A stretch of DNA of 64,000 nt from Iphione sp. A-MEVVRFRX5. Taxonomy: Eukaryota. The DNA is taken from the NCBI GenBank assembly GCA_976226885.1, contig OZ320317.1:60202001-60266000 (forward strand), read 5' to 3'. The notes under the pieces were generated by a model. The model made no database searches. It had not been told where the DNA came from and worked only from the letters and a program-made list of their open reading frames with translations. A program made the translations under genes and the position numbers. Below, piece by piece: positions 41,961-56,000 of the stretch (the first letter of the stretch is position 1; every line of letters begins with the position of its first letter).

Positions 41961-43699
41961 GTGGTGACACATGGCTCTCACTGCTAGAAGAAGTAGTAAG
42001 GGTGTGGTGTTTCTTTTTAAAGACTGAGCTGGCAAAAGGAGCTGTTACATCACAGTAGCAGAGGATTCTGGGGGAATTCGAGGCTACTGGGGGTTTTGCC
42101 CAGCTGCCAGTCAGGAGGCAGGGCCAGGGCAACCATTCACTTGTGGGTGGCTTGCAGGGCGGTGCTCATCACTCGAGCTTGGTTAGTCTGGCTGCTTCCT
42201 CCCTGCTGCAGCATGGTTGGTAGGGTGGGAGGGGGCTCTGACATATACTCAGCCAGTCTGACCGCTAACTGACTGCTGGAGGGTGCGTCTAGGGTGGGAG
42301 GGGGCTCTGACACATGGGTGTGCATGGATACATGTGCTGTCATTACCCCTAGCAGTGAGTCCCAGTGTATGCGCGGAGGTCTCTTGAAGTGACTAAATCT
42401 ACTCTACTGCCTCTGCTACCACCACTGGCCTCTATCAAGTATGGCATCGAACCAGACCACACCGCTACAAGCTCCACAGGCCCTGGTGCCAGAGCCTCTG
42501 ACACCCCTAGCACCGGCATCCCCACAGCTAACTCCAGTGCCACCGGTAGGCCCTGAGGCCCCTGAGCCAGCTCCAGTTGGGCCGCCACCAGCCTTTTCAC
42601 AAGGGGTTCCCCAGGAACTCCTTAACAGCATCGTTGCGGACATTCAGAGGTCAGACATTATGTCCAAAAGGCTGGATGGCATCGAATATATGATGGTCAA
42701 GATGATGGCCTTGGTGGAGGACCTGAAACAGCAGGCCAAGAACCTATCACATACACAGCCCCAGCTGACCTCTGTGCAACCACCAGCCCCACAGCCCCAA
42801 GCAGTGCTGGCTTCAGTCCCACAGATGGCAGGTCCTTCACCGTCCAACCAGCCTCTGTCTGGAAGACCTCCAGAATCAATGCCACGACCCAGGAGGTCCC
42901 GCTACAGGGACTTGCTGACCACCCAGTCTCCCTCCTTCAGGATCCCCTCCTCACTGTCGTTGACCTCCAGACAGCCTACAGGCTCTTTCCAGTGTGTTCC
43001 ATGGACTGAAACCTCGTGGCCATCCAGCTCCCAGTAGACACCTACGTGTACCTGGCCCTCCTATTCGGGCTGAGAAAGAGTGCCTACTACATGCAAAAGA
43101 TCACAGAATTCATATAGTTAGGGATCTAGGGGCAGACGGTGTGAAGGCCCTCATGTACTTGATGACATCATCCTCCAGGCCTCCACTGCGACCGTGGCCC
43201 AGCAGGCCGTACAGGCCACCCTTACCCTCCTGTCCTCACTAGAGTTTAAGGTGGCCAAGGATCAGTGCCAGCATCTGGCTACCAGGGCCACTTGGCTTGG
43301 CATCTAGGTGGACACAACAGATAGGACTCTCTCCCTCCCAGAGGAGAAGCTCCGTGTCTACCGCTTCCAGTTCACTGAGGCATCTGTGCTCGCCTCTATG
43401 TCTCTTCGGGCCTTCCAGTCACTCATTGGGAAGATGAACCATGTTGGTCATCCGGCTGGCACGGCTGTACATGGCCCACCTCCCGGAGTTTCTCCATGTG
43501 GCCCCTTGGGGTCCCATCCCCCCTGGACTACACAGTGCGAGCTGACCTCTGCTGGCTCTCCTACCTCTCAAAACACTTCAGTGGGGTCTCCTATGTATAG
43601 GTTAGAGACCAGTTGGGGCTGTCTATCTGAGTTAGAAAGCGAGGCCATTAGGCCGAGACTTCTAATTCAGATAGAACCAGCCGGTATCTAACCAACTTA

Positions 43700-44631
43700 G
43701 AACTGACCACCCAAGGTCCCCTGATGGCCTGAACATTTGCAAAGCATTTGGAATGCGAGGCCGAGACGAACACAGGACTTTGGAGAGGAGTCAATTTATG
43801 GTTGGATGTGATGTCCACAGTGGTCTTCGATATGTACATTTCCTGGGTAGGGCCTCAAAAAATGTTCAAGATGGTCTTAACCAAAGGAAAGTGAGCATGA
43901 AGGACTTGGTGTATCTACAACATATATGAAAAATACCTCCAGCATATTCCAGAGGAGGGACCTTTCTATTGGCTACCATTAGATGGAGCACATATCAAAT
44001 TTTCCTCACAAGTACAGTGTAGTCTCTATTATTTTACGACCACCACTTGAGACCAAGCTCAAATGGTCTTATTGGTGAATTGGTCGTAAATAGAGTATCA
44101 AATGTATAGAAATTAACATTTTGGTACCCATCTCAGCTGGTCTGAAATAGAGAATGGTTGCAAAATGATGTAGTCATAAATAGAGACTCTACTGTAATAG
44201 GGAAAAATACATTGCACAGCTACATCCCCAAGATGTTTGAACTTGCCGGTATTGACACCACTAGCTGACGTATCACAAATCACTCTGGCAAAGTGACCTG
44301 CTGCACTATGCTCTACAATGTGCATTTCGATGATAAAGCAGTGACATCACGAAGTGGTCATAGCAGCAACTCAGTGCAGCTATACAAACGATTTTGGCAA
44401 AATAAACTCAGAGACATCAGTAATGCTCTGGAACCACCAGCCCCAAAAGTGCAAAAAGTAGAGAGCAAGGCAAAAGTGGAATCAGTGGTGACTGCTCCAT
44501 CACCTCCAGTGCAAAATGAAGAGAATGAAGATCATGAAGGGACACTCACAATCACAATTCCTTCATCAGTCAAAAAAGTTGTACTGATGAGGAAGGGAAC
44601 GGTTGTAGCAGTCAATAACTTTGTCATCTAA
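43700..44631 (+). pseudogene. Crypton-type (DUF3504-like) tyrosine recombinase relic inserted in the DIRS relic
   Basis: Reconstructed as FGMRGRDEHR..SKNVQDGL.QRK..YEKYL..P..GPFY..P..IGKNTL..ITNHSGKVT..SRSGH....VQLYKR. It has a stop at ~44266 and a frameshift near 43915. Confidence 0.78.
44015..44194. mobile_element. 180-bp TA-flanked MITE inside the Crypton relic
   Basis: TA|CAGTGTAGTCTCTA ... TAGAGACTCTACTG|TA. Removing the MITE and one TA restores the reading frame (KFSSQV-IGKNTL). Confidence 0.82.
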
Positions 44632-47144
44632 TATGACTATGACAGATACAGACACTGTAAATATCTGTAAATACATATGGACATTTTACTTACATGGATA
44701 TGCACTCTACTCATTAGGACTTATATTATAGATGATGTGGACTTTATTGTATTGACATGGATCTGCATTATACTCCTTTATGACTTGTACTATGCAATAT
44801 ATACAACACTCTTAACAAGTGAGTTACTTCATCTTTTCTGTGTGTAAGGGAATATGCACATATATACATGTATAAAGTTTTTTAATTGTGTCCTCTATTT
44901 CTGTTTTTTTCATATATAACACATGTAAAGCAAGTACAATAAGTTCTTTTTCCTCATTTATGTGTCAGTTAGAGACAGGATGGAGCCTCTTATCTTAATA
45001 ATATCTTGACATATGTTTGGACAGTCTTCCTTATCTGTTCACCTGAGTTTACTGTCACTTTATCTGACTACATGCAGTGTGTTGACCTTGTTAGACAGCC
45101 CTGGTCTAACAGTTTTAGATGCCCTCAACTACAAAGGGACCGCGAGTGCGTCAGGTTCTAATTCAGCCCTCATCCCCGGACATCACCACTGAAGCATACT
45201 CTTGTCTGGCTGGAGCCATGGGCTCCGAGGGGGCCTCTTGTTACTCCTGCCCCTGTCGTCATGATATTGCCAGGAGCATGGCATATTCCAGCTGGAGGTC
45301 CTCAATTGCCTAGTCACCATCTGGACATTTCTCCCCAGGCTCCCCACAAGAAGCAAGGCGAGGATGGTCTGTGACAGCAGTATTCCACTGGGAGGGGCTG
45401 GGACCCCATTCTTCTGGGATGCACCTGTGCCATGTGGCTGGAAGCCAAGCTCCCACAGGGGGAGGGGGGGGGTCAGGGTCCTCTTTAAGCACGAGCCCTC
45501 AGCCATGCCCCTCTGTCCCTGGCCACCCATGCTGCCGCTGCCCACCTAGTTGCCTTTCAGAATCTCAATGCTACCGCTACAGATCCTTTGGAACATGACT
45601 AATCCTCCTTTCTGTAATCACCAGATCAAGCCTTCAACTCCCTCCTCCATCAGGCAGAGAACACCATAGCCTTGGCCATCCAGACATGTGTAACACAGAT
45701 AGAGAATGTGTCATTATGAATAATGTTCTCAAAGTACTGTTATAATGTAGAGTGTACAGTTATAAGATGTTAAGCAAAGCTTTGTATGAAGTATTAAGTA
45801 TGCAATAAAGTTTTTCACTTAAGTACTCTTCATGGAATGAGCTCTTATCTTCTTCATCTTACAAGTCACCCTGGATACTTGGCACTATGAGGTCACCTTC
45901 ATAAAATATTTTGTCAACTATTCTTCGAGCTACCTTGAATTAATGACTATATCTGAATCACATGATGTTTGTGCACAGTGTTTATCATAGGGACTTGAGT
46001 ATATAAGAGAGTTGCCCTGACACTGTCGTCTGACTCACCCAGTGGACGCTGAAGATGTGCTGTGACCTGGGAAGAATAAAGGCTGATAGCAAACCTACTG
46101 GTATGGTGTATGCTTTGTTGTTACATGGGCACCAGGAAGAACAGCACTGAGGAGATTCCTGGACTTCATCCAGCATCTGTAAAATCCCTCATGCCCCACT
46201 CCAGCACAAGTTTGTGCACTTCTGGCCTTCTGCAGCTCCTCCATGGGCCCCGAGTCGGTTGGCAACACCCTCTTTGCCATCAAACCCAGCCCCCCAGGCC
46301 GGGTGTCCCACTGGATGTCCTCGACTGGGCAGCTGACATCATCAGGGCCACTCCAGGGGGAAAGGAGTCATGGCAGGCCTTCTTCTCCAATTCTGGACCC
46401 TGCTCCAACAGTCCCACTTCTATACCTGTGGGGCTAAATTTGACCTGCTACTCTATCCCGGGTGAAGATGGTACAAAATGCATCAGCAAGCATGGAGCAC
46501 CTACAAGCTCATCGTCCCAGACCAGCCTGGCTCCAAACTCTGGGAAGCCATCGTGAACCTTCTCCAGTATGCTCCCACTGGCTAGGAGGACCAGCCCGTT
46601 GTCTTATCCCAGGAAGGGAGCTCCCCCACTCCCGGCCTCCCTGGTGGCAAAGTGCTGGTCGAGAGCACTCCAGGAGCTGGGCCTTGAGCACAGCGCATAC
46701 ACCCTCTACAGCTTCCACGATGGAGGGGCAAGACATGCCCTAGCCTTCAGGTACACCCTGGATCGGGTCATCAAATGTGGGGACTTGAGGTCAATGGCAG
46801 TGGTTAGGTATCTCCCACGGTGCTGCAGGGCGGGGGGGGGGGTAGGGTAGGAGGGGGTTCTCACTCAAGTTGGTCTGGCTGCTAATCTAGCTGAGAGAGA
46901 GAGAGGGATAGAGGCAAATAGAGGGAGGAAAGAGAGACAGAGAGAAATATATCCCAAAGAATTATATGAAGGTAAAACCTGAGTTGTGGTGAGTTTGAGG
47001 AGTAAAAACCTGAGTTGTAGTCAGTTTAAGGAGAAGAAAGCTCAGCTATAGTGAGTTTGAAAGTAAAAATCTGAGTTGTGAGTTTGAGGATGAAATACAT
47101 GAGAGTTGGTGAGCTTGAGGAGTTCGTATCTGAGTTGCAGAGAG

Positions 47145-47154
47145 AGCAAGAGAC

Positions 47155-47195
<41 letters not shown>

Positions 47196-47250
47196 GAGGT
47201 AAGGAGAGAGAGTGAAAGGGAGGGAGGAAGGGAGAGAGCGAGAGAGAGAG
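47145..47250. repeat. (AGAC)n/(AG)n microsatellite; similar tracts at ~51640-51690, 59100-59150 and 59993-60018
   Basis: Direct reading of the simple repeats. Confidence 0.95.
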
Positions 47251-50200
47251 GCCATTTTTTGTGGCCTTTACCTGCAGCATACACTGCAACCATTCCTCTG
47301 TAGGGTTTGTAGCTGAGAAATGGTTCAATGGCTCTTAGGTTCCACGTACACATATTCACATACAAGGGTGTATAGTCAGGAAGTCCGGGACAACCCAGTA
47401 TAGAGTTAGGTACTGGTGTATTTCATTGTGTGCATAAATCACACACATATGAAACTTGGAAAACCTATCCCGACTTGATGGATTATCCTGCTGACAGAAG
47501 AAGAAAAGCCATAGATTCTATCAACCTGGACATCTGGTGGCCATCTGCTGATCATCTAGTGGTCATTAATGTCATGCAAGCTCATCCATTCCTGACAAAC
47601 GGATATATTTCCATGTGTGTGAAATACATGTGCATGGAAAAACAGCCAAACGCTGAAAGACAAGTGAAGGTGGACAATGTCAAAACCTCTCAGCAATTAT
47701 AACAGCCTCCACTAACCCAGTTGCTTTAGCCTCATAAGGCTTAACAATTGCAAATATTTCTGTTCTAAGCTCATATGGTCACATTAATGGTTTTGGTCAC
47801 TAATGAGAGTATGGTCGCAAACAGGCATTTGATTGTGCATGTATACAAACATGCATGCCCCAAAACTAAAAATCCAAATCAGGATATGTGATGGCCTCTT
47901 CTTTTTTTACCTGAGGTGGAGGAAAAGCAGTAGATAGTATTCTTCACTATTGTTTGTTTTGTTATTAGCTGGGATAATATATACAACATATTATATTACA
48001 TTCAACTGTTTCCTTCATAGGATGATTAAGTACTGGGAATTCAATATTCAAATCGTTATCCACGGTATTTTATTGGGCTGCAATGGAGAATGTTCTCATA
48101 CGTCTGTCATATAATGCCACTCCAAACAAAGAAGTATTTTTTTTCAGTAAGGCTTCCTGCTTTACCCGTCACCCTGAGTCCACATCTGCCATAGCCAAAT
48201 ACCATTTCCACCATAAAAAAGAAATAAGCATTATTAAAATGAATAGGCCTGTCATAGTTTGTATCGTTGTTTTTGCGTGTAAAAAAAGAGAACCACTGAA
48301 AGGCCTATTTAATTTCTCACATAATGCAACATCCATATGTTGCCACATTACCTATCGTTTGATTTTTTACCTGGCGCCCACGCCAAACGTGCTCATTAAT
48401 GACAAGTCATAGTAGCTCAATATCTCCGAAGTTTCCATTGTTCGTCGGCATAATGCGTCGAGATTATTCAGCTTTCAACGATTAAGGCATTTTTTCTGGT
48501 TTATTTTGACTTAGCAATTGGTTTGCTTTCCATTTCTACATTAATAATTAAGTATGCTGATGAAATGGCAATTCCATTGTCACCACCTGTCCCTCTAATA
48601 TTATCGATGCTGGTCAGACTTCGGTTGCCATGGTGACCCGATGACCTCCGTGGTCTGCCTGGGGCAGTTTCTATCTGACGTCAGTTTGGGGTGGTATATA
48701 AAGGGGAAAATACAGGCTCGGTTTTGTCCTGTCTGTTGTCTGACAGCATACATTTTTAATTTAATTTGACTCAAGATTTAAATCCAGTCACGCCATATAT
48801 CAATACCTATCGCATGAATAGGACATGACATATTTCTGGGAGAGGTTTTTTGTTTGTGAATGATACAACTGTAGCTGCATGAGGCAATCGTGTATTATTT
48901 GAAAGAACGAATATCAAGCACCTTTCAAATATTAGGCTCGTTACGTTTTATAGAGTGGGGAATTTCTGCCACCCGTAAGGGATCTCCGCCAGAAAAAAAT
49001 CTATGCAAGCTGCAAACTGAAAAAACTAAACCACTGCAGCATTGACAGTAGGTGAGTGAGTAAAACATCCAGAATCAGTCTCAGTGTATGTTGATGGGAG
49101 CCACGCTGCTCAAGCGCGCCGGCCAGGCTGACATCAGCCTTGCTTCGTGTCTGGCTGCTGATGTCATACTATTGATCGCCTGCTGACCAAAGATCTCGAA
49201 TTAGAAAAACATTGAAATGTGTATAAATGTCAGAAGCTAAATAATTGATGTAGACTTTAATAGAAACGAAAGCCAATTTCTAGTGTTGTTATCTTGGCAC
49301 TGCTTGTGATTAATAGTTTCTCGAATCCACCTCTCAGAAAGACTAAATACTAGAATGAGGTGCTGCTACTGTTTGCTGGCCTTGTGGTATGTTTGTCTTG
49401 ACTTTAAAGGTCTTACTCATACAATACATACATTTACATCTCCATGTTATATACACCCAGGTTTATTTTGTAGAGAACAGAATTCTGATGATGAATAAAT
49501 ATTGGAGATACACGCTGGAGGAGAAGATTAATCCCGAGACTTCAGAGGAACAATAAATCATTCTCAGCTGCGTGGGAGGCTGCCGTCCAACGTCCAGTCC
49601 TTGCTGATAGTATTAAATCCGCCATAAATAGGAGCAGCAGCATCTCCTCATGTCGAGCCTCCCCTTGCCATACCCTAAATTCTATTTTAAATAAAAATAA
49701 TACATTTTTCCTTTTTGATTTTTTTGGGCCAAGGCAAAAATGCCAGCTCGTCTATCCATAAAAAAATAAAAACCAAACTGTCGATCACGCCATAAAAGCT
49801 GTAAAATTGAAGTCCACAGAGAATATATAAGAATGCTTCTTCCTCAAACTTGATTTTATGGTCAACGTTGAGGGCTATCTCTAACATGATCATATTTAGC
49901 TAGTCGTATTCGTCGAACCAGACATTTCTTCTTTATTATTAACTGTGCTCTTCTTTAAACGCAGTTGCACTGTGCGAACCTTTCAGAATAAGTATTTTAA
50001 ATGGTCGGGTATACCAATGTTCACAAAATTGCACGCCTTCATGACAAACATTCGCTTACGTTGCTCTTACTTGCCAATTATTAACGACCACTGACATTTT
50101 CCTACCGGCACAAGCTTCTCAAAAAGTCAGGAACATTCGCTATTCAACTCGTCTGTAGTGGTGCGAACCGGTCGTTTCGTTCTGCTGAAATATGAATTGT

Positions 50201-52659
50201 CATTCCGGCGTCGTTCCACGATTTCAATGATAGGTTGTCTAAAAAGGCAAACAGTGCTACTTCATCGTTTGGTGCAAAAAGGTGGTTGTCATTATCTTAA
50301 CTGAAACCTGTTTGTGGCCAGTTTCCCAACTGTAGAGAGAGCCTGTGAGGGCAACGCCTGGCCCTGGAACGCACTGGCGCCACCTATTGATCACCCTGTA
50401 AATTGGGAAACACCCATTCTTGCTTCTGAGGAATGCAGTCTGGTACAGACGAGCAAAATATCACTTCACAGTCCGCTAGAGAATGCTATGCAGCCATGCT
50501 AGTGAAGCGAATCCACTGCTAAATATTTAACAATCAGTTTGACGAATAAGTCCTCAAAAGTACCTCTGCCCTATACACTGTATTCAGTTAGAACTATTAA
50601 TAGTTCAGTGCGCACACACCGCGTACTCATCAATAGATTGGAATGACAAGTTTCTATTCTGGCATCTACAGTAGATTGCAGTAGTGTGGTATGTACGCAC
50701 TAACCTTACAGAGTGACATCAAGTCTTCTGTAAAATCGATCAAGCAGTCTAGCTGTACAGACATATGATTGTTCATTCAGCGTTCAGCGGTATTTAAAGA
50801 GTGGCAATCGCAGGACAGAATAATACCAGGTATGGATATCTTGTCATTGGGATAGCATAATACTATTTACATAATATTCATGGCTGCCACGTCATCTGCG
50901 AATTTTGGGTGACACCCGCATTTTTACCCACTCACCTGAAAATTTTATATTAAGTAGCCTTCACAGTATGAATACTATTGTTATTACACTACCTATTAAA
51001 AACGTCTCCCGAAAGTAGTTCATCCCCATGAAGTCTCATCTCATAGGGATGTTACTTAAAGAAAGTACCCTATTTATTTTACTGAAGTATTCCTAAGCAT
51101 ACTTAATTAAAAAGAAGAATATCTATCTATATTTTGAACCTGGAAAGAGATAATCATTAGTTTATCAGTGAGAGGAACTGCACTACTTTTTCAGTTGGTG
51201 TAGAGATATTGTCTTCCTTTGGTTTGACATTGACACACTTAGGGGAACAGCCAATGACAGATCAGCCTGGTGTGGCCTAATCAGGTCACCAGGTTGTGGT
51301 AGTTCTTGGTGAAGCATTACGCTATGGTTGCACTACTGTTGGCGCTATGGTCACATTATGACAGGGGGAGTCACCTAGCTGTTGAAGCGTTATTGGGTAT
51401 TTTAATTTAGCGCAAAACATAATTTGCCCTTACAAATAAGAGTGAAGCATTATGAACCATTTACTGGTGAAACACTATCAAAGAATTTATTCTGGTGAAG
51501 CGTTATCAGCTGTATATTTAAGCGCTATGACTGCTCCGAACTGTTGGTGAAGCGTTATTCAGTACCCCCTGACCCCCCGTATTATGGTCGGCGCTATAGT
51601 CAGCGCTACATGTGTGCTTCCCCTCCCTTCCTTCCTCCCTCCCTCCCTCCCTCCCGAGAGAGAGAGAGAGATAGAGAGAGAGAGAAAGAAAATCACTCAC
51701 ACTCAAACCAGGGTAAGTGCCGAAGGCGCTTGTTTTATAAAAAAAATAGATCGTGTACTTAGCATATGCCTTTGAGTACTTTAAATAACAACAGTTTAAT
51801 GTAGATGTATAAATCAATATTTATCTGTGACCCAACAATAATGTGGTCACCCTCAATTCCATTCAAATCATCCGAGAACTAAGCACTAGATCAGACTTCC
51901 GAGAGGACACTGCACTACCGACGAGTCAGTCATCACTTTAACATTGTTGGTACAGTAGAACCTCAATTAACGTGCACCAGCCCACCGTGAACAACCCTTA
52001 GGGCCCCCAAAAAGATATGTGTGTTTCTGGTTATAACCAGCCAAAAACCTAGGTAGGGTAAGGGGAATCTTTTATTTATTTTCTTTTTTTCTTCCTCTAG
52101 TTTTCAACAGTACTAAAAACAATATGAAGAAGGCTTTGCATGGGTCAGTTTCATCACTGCATGGCTTGTACATAGGGGATACAGGTTAACACTTCACCAA
52201 AAGAGATTTGCTTCTTTTTGCATTTTAGCCAGCACAATAACAATAAATATCATATCAGCCATTGGAAGGGCTATCACATGGGGTTACTATGGGGCCCTGA
52301 CAGGTCATCTCCCAAAGGTTAGCTAAAAGAAATTACTTGTACTCTATACAAATAATTCACATTGCTTTACTAAATTTCAAGTTTCCAAGGCTATTTCATA
52401 TTGGTCTTACATATTTCCCAACTCCTCTGTCTCTTACCTAAATTATGAATTTCCTTAGACATGTCTTTTTATAGCTGTAACAGTCTGTATTTTGGGGAAC
52501 TCTGGATGAAATCAAGACTTTCCTTATACATGTACTGTGTAGTGTATACATAGTACTTACATGTAGTATATTTTCATGTACCTGCTAGTGTTTTTTGAAT
52601 TTGAAAGGTTCTCATTTTTCATGGTCATGTATGCATGTTTTACACAGGGAAACCAGAGT

Positions 52660-54600
52660 AACTGCAGAGTCACTGGGGCCTCCCTAGAAGTATTTTGGTT
52701 CAAGTCCCGTCCTTCTATGTGGAATAGTTTCCAAGTTATCAGAGTTTTTCTCTTTACCCTCCATGCGACTGGGTCACCCAGTGCGACTTCTATCACCTGC
52801 ATGATTTGGTTGGTAGCATTTTGGTTCAATTCCTGTCCTTCTATGTGCAATAGTTGCCAAGTTATCACAGTTTATCTCTTTGCCCGCCACTCAACGGAGT
52901 CGCCTGATCCCGCCTCTATTACCTGAGCCATTTGGTCAGTATCATTTTTGTTCAAGTCCTGTCCTTCTACATGCAATAGTTGTTAAGTTACCACAATTTT
53001 TCTCTTTACCAGCCACTAGACTGGGTCATTCTGTGCCACTTCTATCACCTGCATCATTTGGTTGGTAGTATTTGGTCCAAGTCCTGTCCTTCTATGTGCA
53101 ATAATTTCCAAGGTATCACAGTTCTTCTCTTTACCGAACTCTTGACTAGGTCACTTGATGCCACCTCTATCACCTGTGTTATTTGGGTTGGAAGCATTTT
53201 GGTTCAAGTCCTGTCTTTCTATGTGCAATAGTTTCCCAGTTATGACAGTTTTTCTCTTTACCCACCTCTTGACTAGGTCACCTGATGCCGCCTCTATCAG
53301 CTGCATCATTTGGTCGGTAGCATTTTGGTTCCAGTCCTGTGCCTCTATGTGCAATAGTTTCCCATTCATCACATTTTTTTTACCTACCTTTTGACTAGGT
53401 CATCTGATGCTGCCTCTATCACCTATGCCATTTGGTGTGTAGCATTTTAGTTCAAGTCCTGTCTTTCAATGTGCACAACTTGCCAAGTTATAACAGTTTT
53501 TCTCTTTAGCAACACTCAGCTGGGTCACCCCGTGTCGCTTCTATCACCTGTGTCATTTGGTCAGTAGCATTTCAGTTCAAGTCCTGTCCTTCTATGTGGA
53601 ATTATTTCCTAGTTATCATAGCTTTTCTCTTTACCTACCTCTTGGTTAGGTCACCTGATGCTGCCTCTATCACCTGCTTCATTTGGTCAGTAGCATTTTA
53701 GTGCAAGTCCTTTCCTTCTATGTGCAATAATTTCCAAGGTATTACATTTTTTTCCTTTGCCCACCTCTTGACTAGGTCACTTGATGCCACCTCTATCACC
53801 TGTGTCATTTGGTCAGAAGTATTTTGGTTCAAGTCCTGTCTTTCTATGTGCAATAGTTTCCCAGTTATGACAGTTTTTCTCTTTACCCACCTCTTGACTA
53901 GGTCACCTGATGCCACCTCTATCACTTGCATCATTTAGTCAGTAGCATTTTGGTTCAAGCCTTGTCCTTCTATGTGCAATAGTTTCCTATTCATCACAGT
54001 TTTTTTCTTTACCTACCTCTTGATTAGGTCACCTGATGCTGCCTCCATCACCTCCACCATTTGGTCCGTAGCATTTTAGGTCATCCTGTCTTTCTATATG
54101 CAATAGTTGCCAAGTTAAAAGCTTTTCTCTTTACCTGCCACTCAACTGGGTCACCCCATGCCACTTCTGTCAACTGTATCATTTGGTCGGTAGCATTTTG
54201 GTTCAAATCCTGTCCTTCTATGTGTAATAGTTTCCTAGTTATCACAGTTTTTCTCTTTACTCACCTTTTGACTAGGTCACCAGTTGCCACCTCTTTCACC
54301 TGCATCATTTGATCGGTAGCATTTTGGTTCAAGTCCTGTCCTTCTATGTGCAATAGTTGCCAAGTTATCACAGTTTTTCTCGTTACCCACCACTCAACTG
54401 TCTCACCCAGTGCCACTTCTATCACCTGCGTCATTTAGTCAGTAGCATTTTGGTTCAAGTCCTGTCCTTCTATGTGCAATAATTGCCAAGTTATAACTTT
54501 TTTTCTCTTTACCCACCACTCGACTGGGTCAGCCTGTGCCACTGCTATCACCTGCATCATTTGGTCAGTAGTAATTTGGTTTGGTCGAAGTGCCATCCTT
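52660..54600. repeat. ~126-bp minisatellite, about 15 copies, with a ~626-bp higher-order duplication
   Basis: TCTATCACC recurs at 52789, 52915, 53041, 53166, 53293 and 53415. The variant TGCAATAATTTCCAAGG recurs at 53097 and 53723. Confidence 0.93.
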
Positions 54601-55399
54601 CTATGTACAATAATTTCCACTCATGTTCTTACTCTTATTCTTAGTTATGTTCTCACTCACACTCATACTTTCACACACATACTCTGTTATATTCTAATTC
54701 ACATTCATTCTTTCATTCATACTTGTGCTCTCTTCATGAACATAAGTAGGAGTATGAGTGAGAACATGACTATCAGTAAGAACATGAGTAAGAGTATAAA
54801 TGAGACCATAAGTGTCAGTGAGAACATAAAGAGAGTACGGTTATTAATGAGAGCATGAATATCAGTGGGACTTGGACCAAAAATGCTACAGAACAAAAAT
54901 GCTCCAGGGCAATGGATGCAGGTGATAGGGTTGGTCAGGTTGACCTGGTTTATGCATATGTAAAGAGAAAAACGACGATATCTTTGCAACTATTAATTCA
55001 CATGTACCATTTTAACATTATAGAGGAAGAATATGACCTCCATTTGCAGCCCTACCTGCAGCTGTTACTTGTTTCTTCTTTTTTTTAACAATTTAGATGA
55101 CTTTTGTGGTATTTTTACTGATTTTACTAAAAATATATGCTGTGAAAACACATCTCTAAGGCAATTCAGCCTTGGGAACTCGTTGAGGCAAAAAATATTT
55201 GAGGTAGGGTGAGGTTTTACTAGGTAGGGTTGGGTAACCAGAAACACACCTATTTTTTGGCCTTACTGGGCAGAAATACTACAGAATCATACAGAAACTT
55301 ATATATGAGTCCTCCCTGGGAATGCAGACATTCAGCTAGTGCTGACACGTGCATGTGGACACGAATTTTACAGTCCCAAACACTGATTCTTGGACAGTA

Positions 55400-56000
55400 C
55401 AGTGGACACCCCTGAGGACAGTATGAGGAAGGGCTGGTACAGGACAGGAGGGCTGCCAAGAACAATGCCAGGCTACTCCTTAGATCTATCAGCACCTGAG
55501 GACAATATGAGGGAAGGGCTGGGAGAAGTTGGGAGGACTGTTGCAGACAGTGCCAGGCTCCTCCTGAGATCTACCAACACCTATGGATGTACAAGGGAGT
55601 GGATGAGAGAATTTAGGAGGACTGTTGCACACAGTGCCAGGCTCTTTCTTAGATCTACCAGCACCTGAGGCCAATATGAGTTCAGGGTTTGGAAAAGTCA
55701 AGAGGACTGGCATGACAATGCCAGATTCCTCCTTTAATCTACCAACACCTCAGGATGGTACAAGGGAATGGCTGAAAGAAGTCAGAATGACTCATGGACA
55801 ATGCCAGGCTCCTCCTGAGATCTACCAACACCTATGGATGTACAAGGGAAGGGATGAGAGAAGTTGGGAGGCCTGTTGCAGACAATGCCAGGCTCCTTCT
55901 TAGATCTACCAACACCTTAGGATGTTATGAGGTAAGGGCTTGGAGAAGTCAGGAGGGCCAGCATGACAATACCAGGCTCCTCCTTAGGCCCACCAACTAC
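55400..56000. repeat. ~84-bp minisatellite, about 7 copies; inverted related copies at ~57050-57290
   Basis: ACA(G/A)TGCCAG-type anchor at 55462, 55547, 55631, 55715, 55798, 55882 and 55966. The reverse complement AGCACCTGAGGA..GAGGGA.GGGCT.GGAGA.GT occurs near 57230-57285. Confidence 0.88.

Larger units (their letters stand above)
42170..46890 (+). mobile_element. Degenerate DIRS-group (Ngaro-like) tyrosine-recombinase retrotransposon
   Basis: Pro-rich gag-like ORF at 42441-43037. RT relic MY(L)DDIIL...WLGI*VDT..RTLSLPEEK..FQSLIGKMN at ~43150-43450. RNase H-like fragments at ~45350-45580. YR C-terminus YTLYSF..GGA....G..RS.A..RY at 46569-46850. Related GTAGGGT.GGAGGGGG and GTCTGGCTGCT motifs occur at both ends in permuted order. 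Confidence 0.7.

Noticed and set aside
47026-47365. ORFs with CLSV/SLSL or ERER/TDRQ repeats (also 51518-51817 and 58932-59395)
   Set aside because: They are translations of (AGAC)n and (AG)n microsatellites.
52660-54600. CRISPR array
   Set aside because: The units are whole-length imperfect tandem copies with no unique spacers. There are no cas genes, and the context is eukaryotic.
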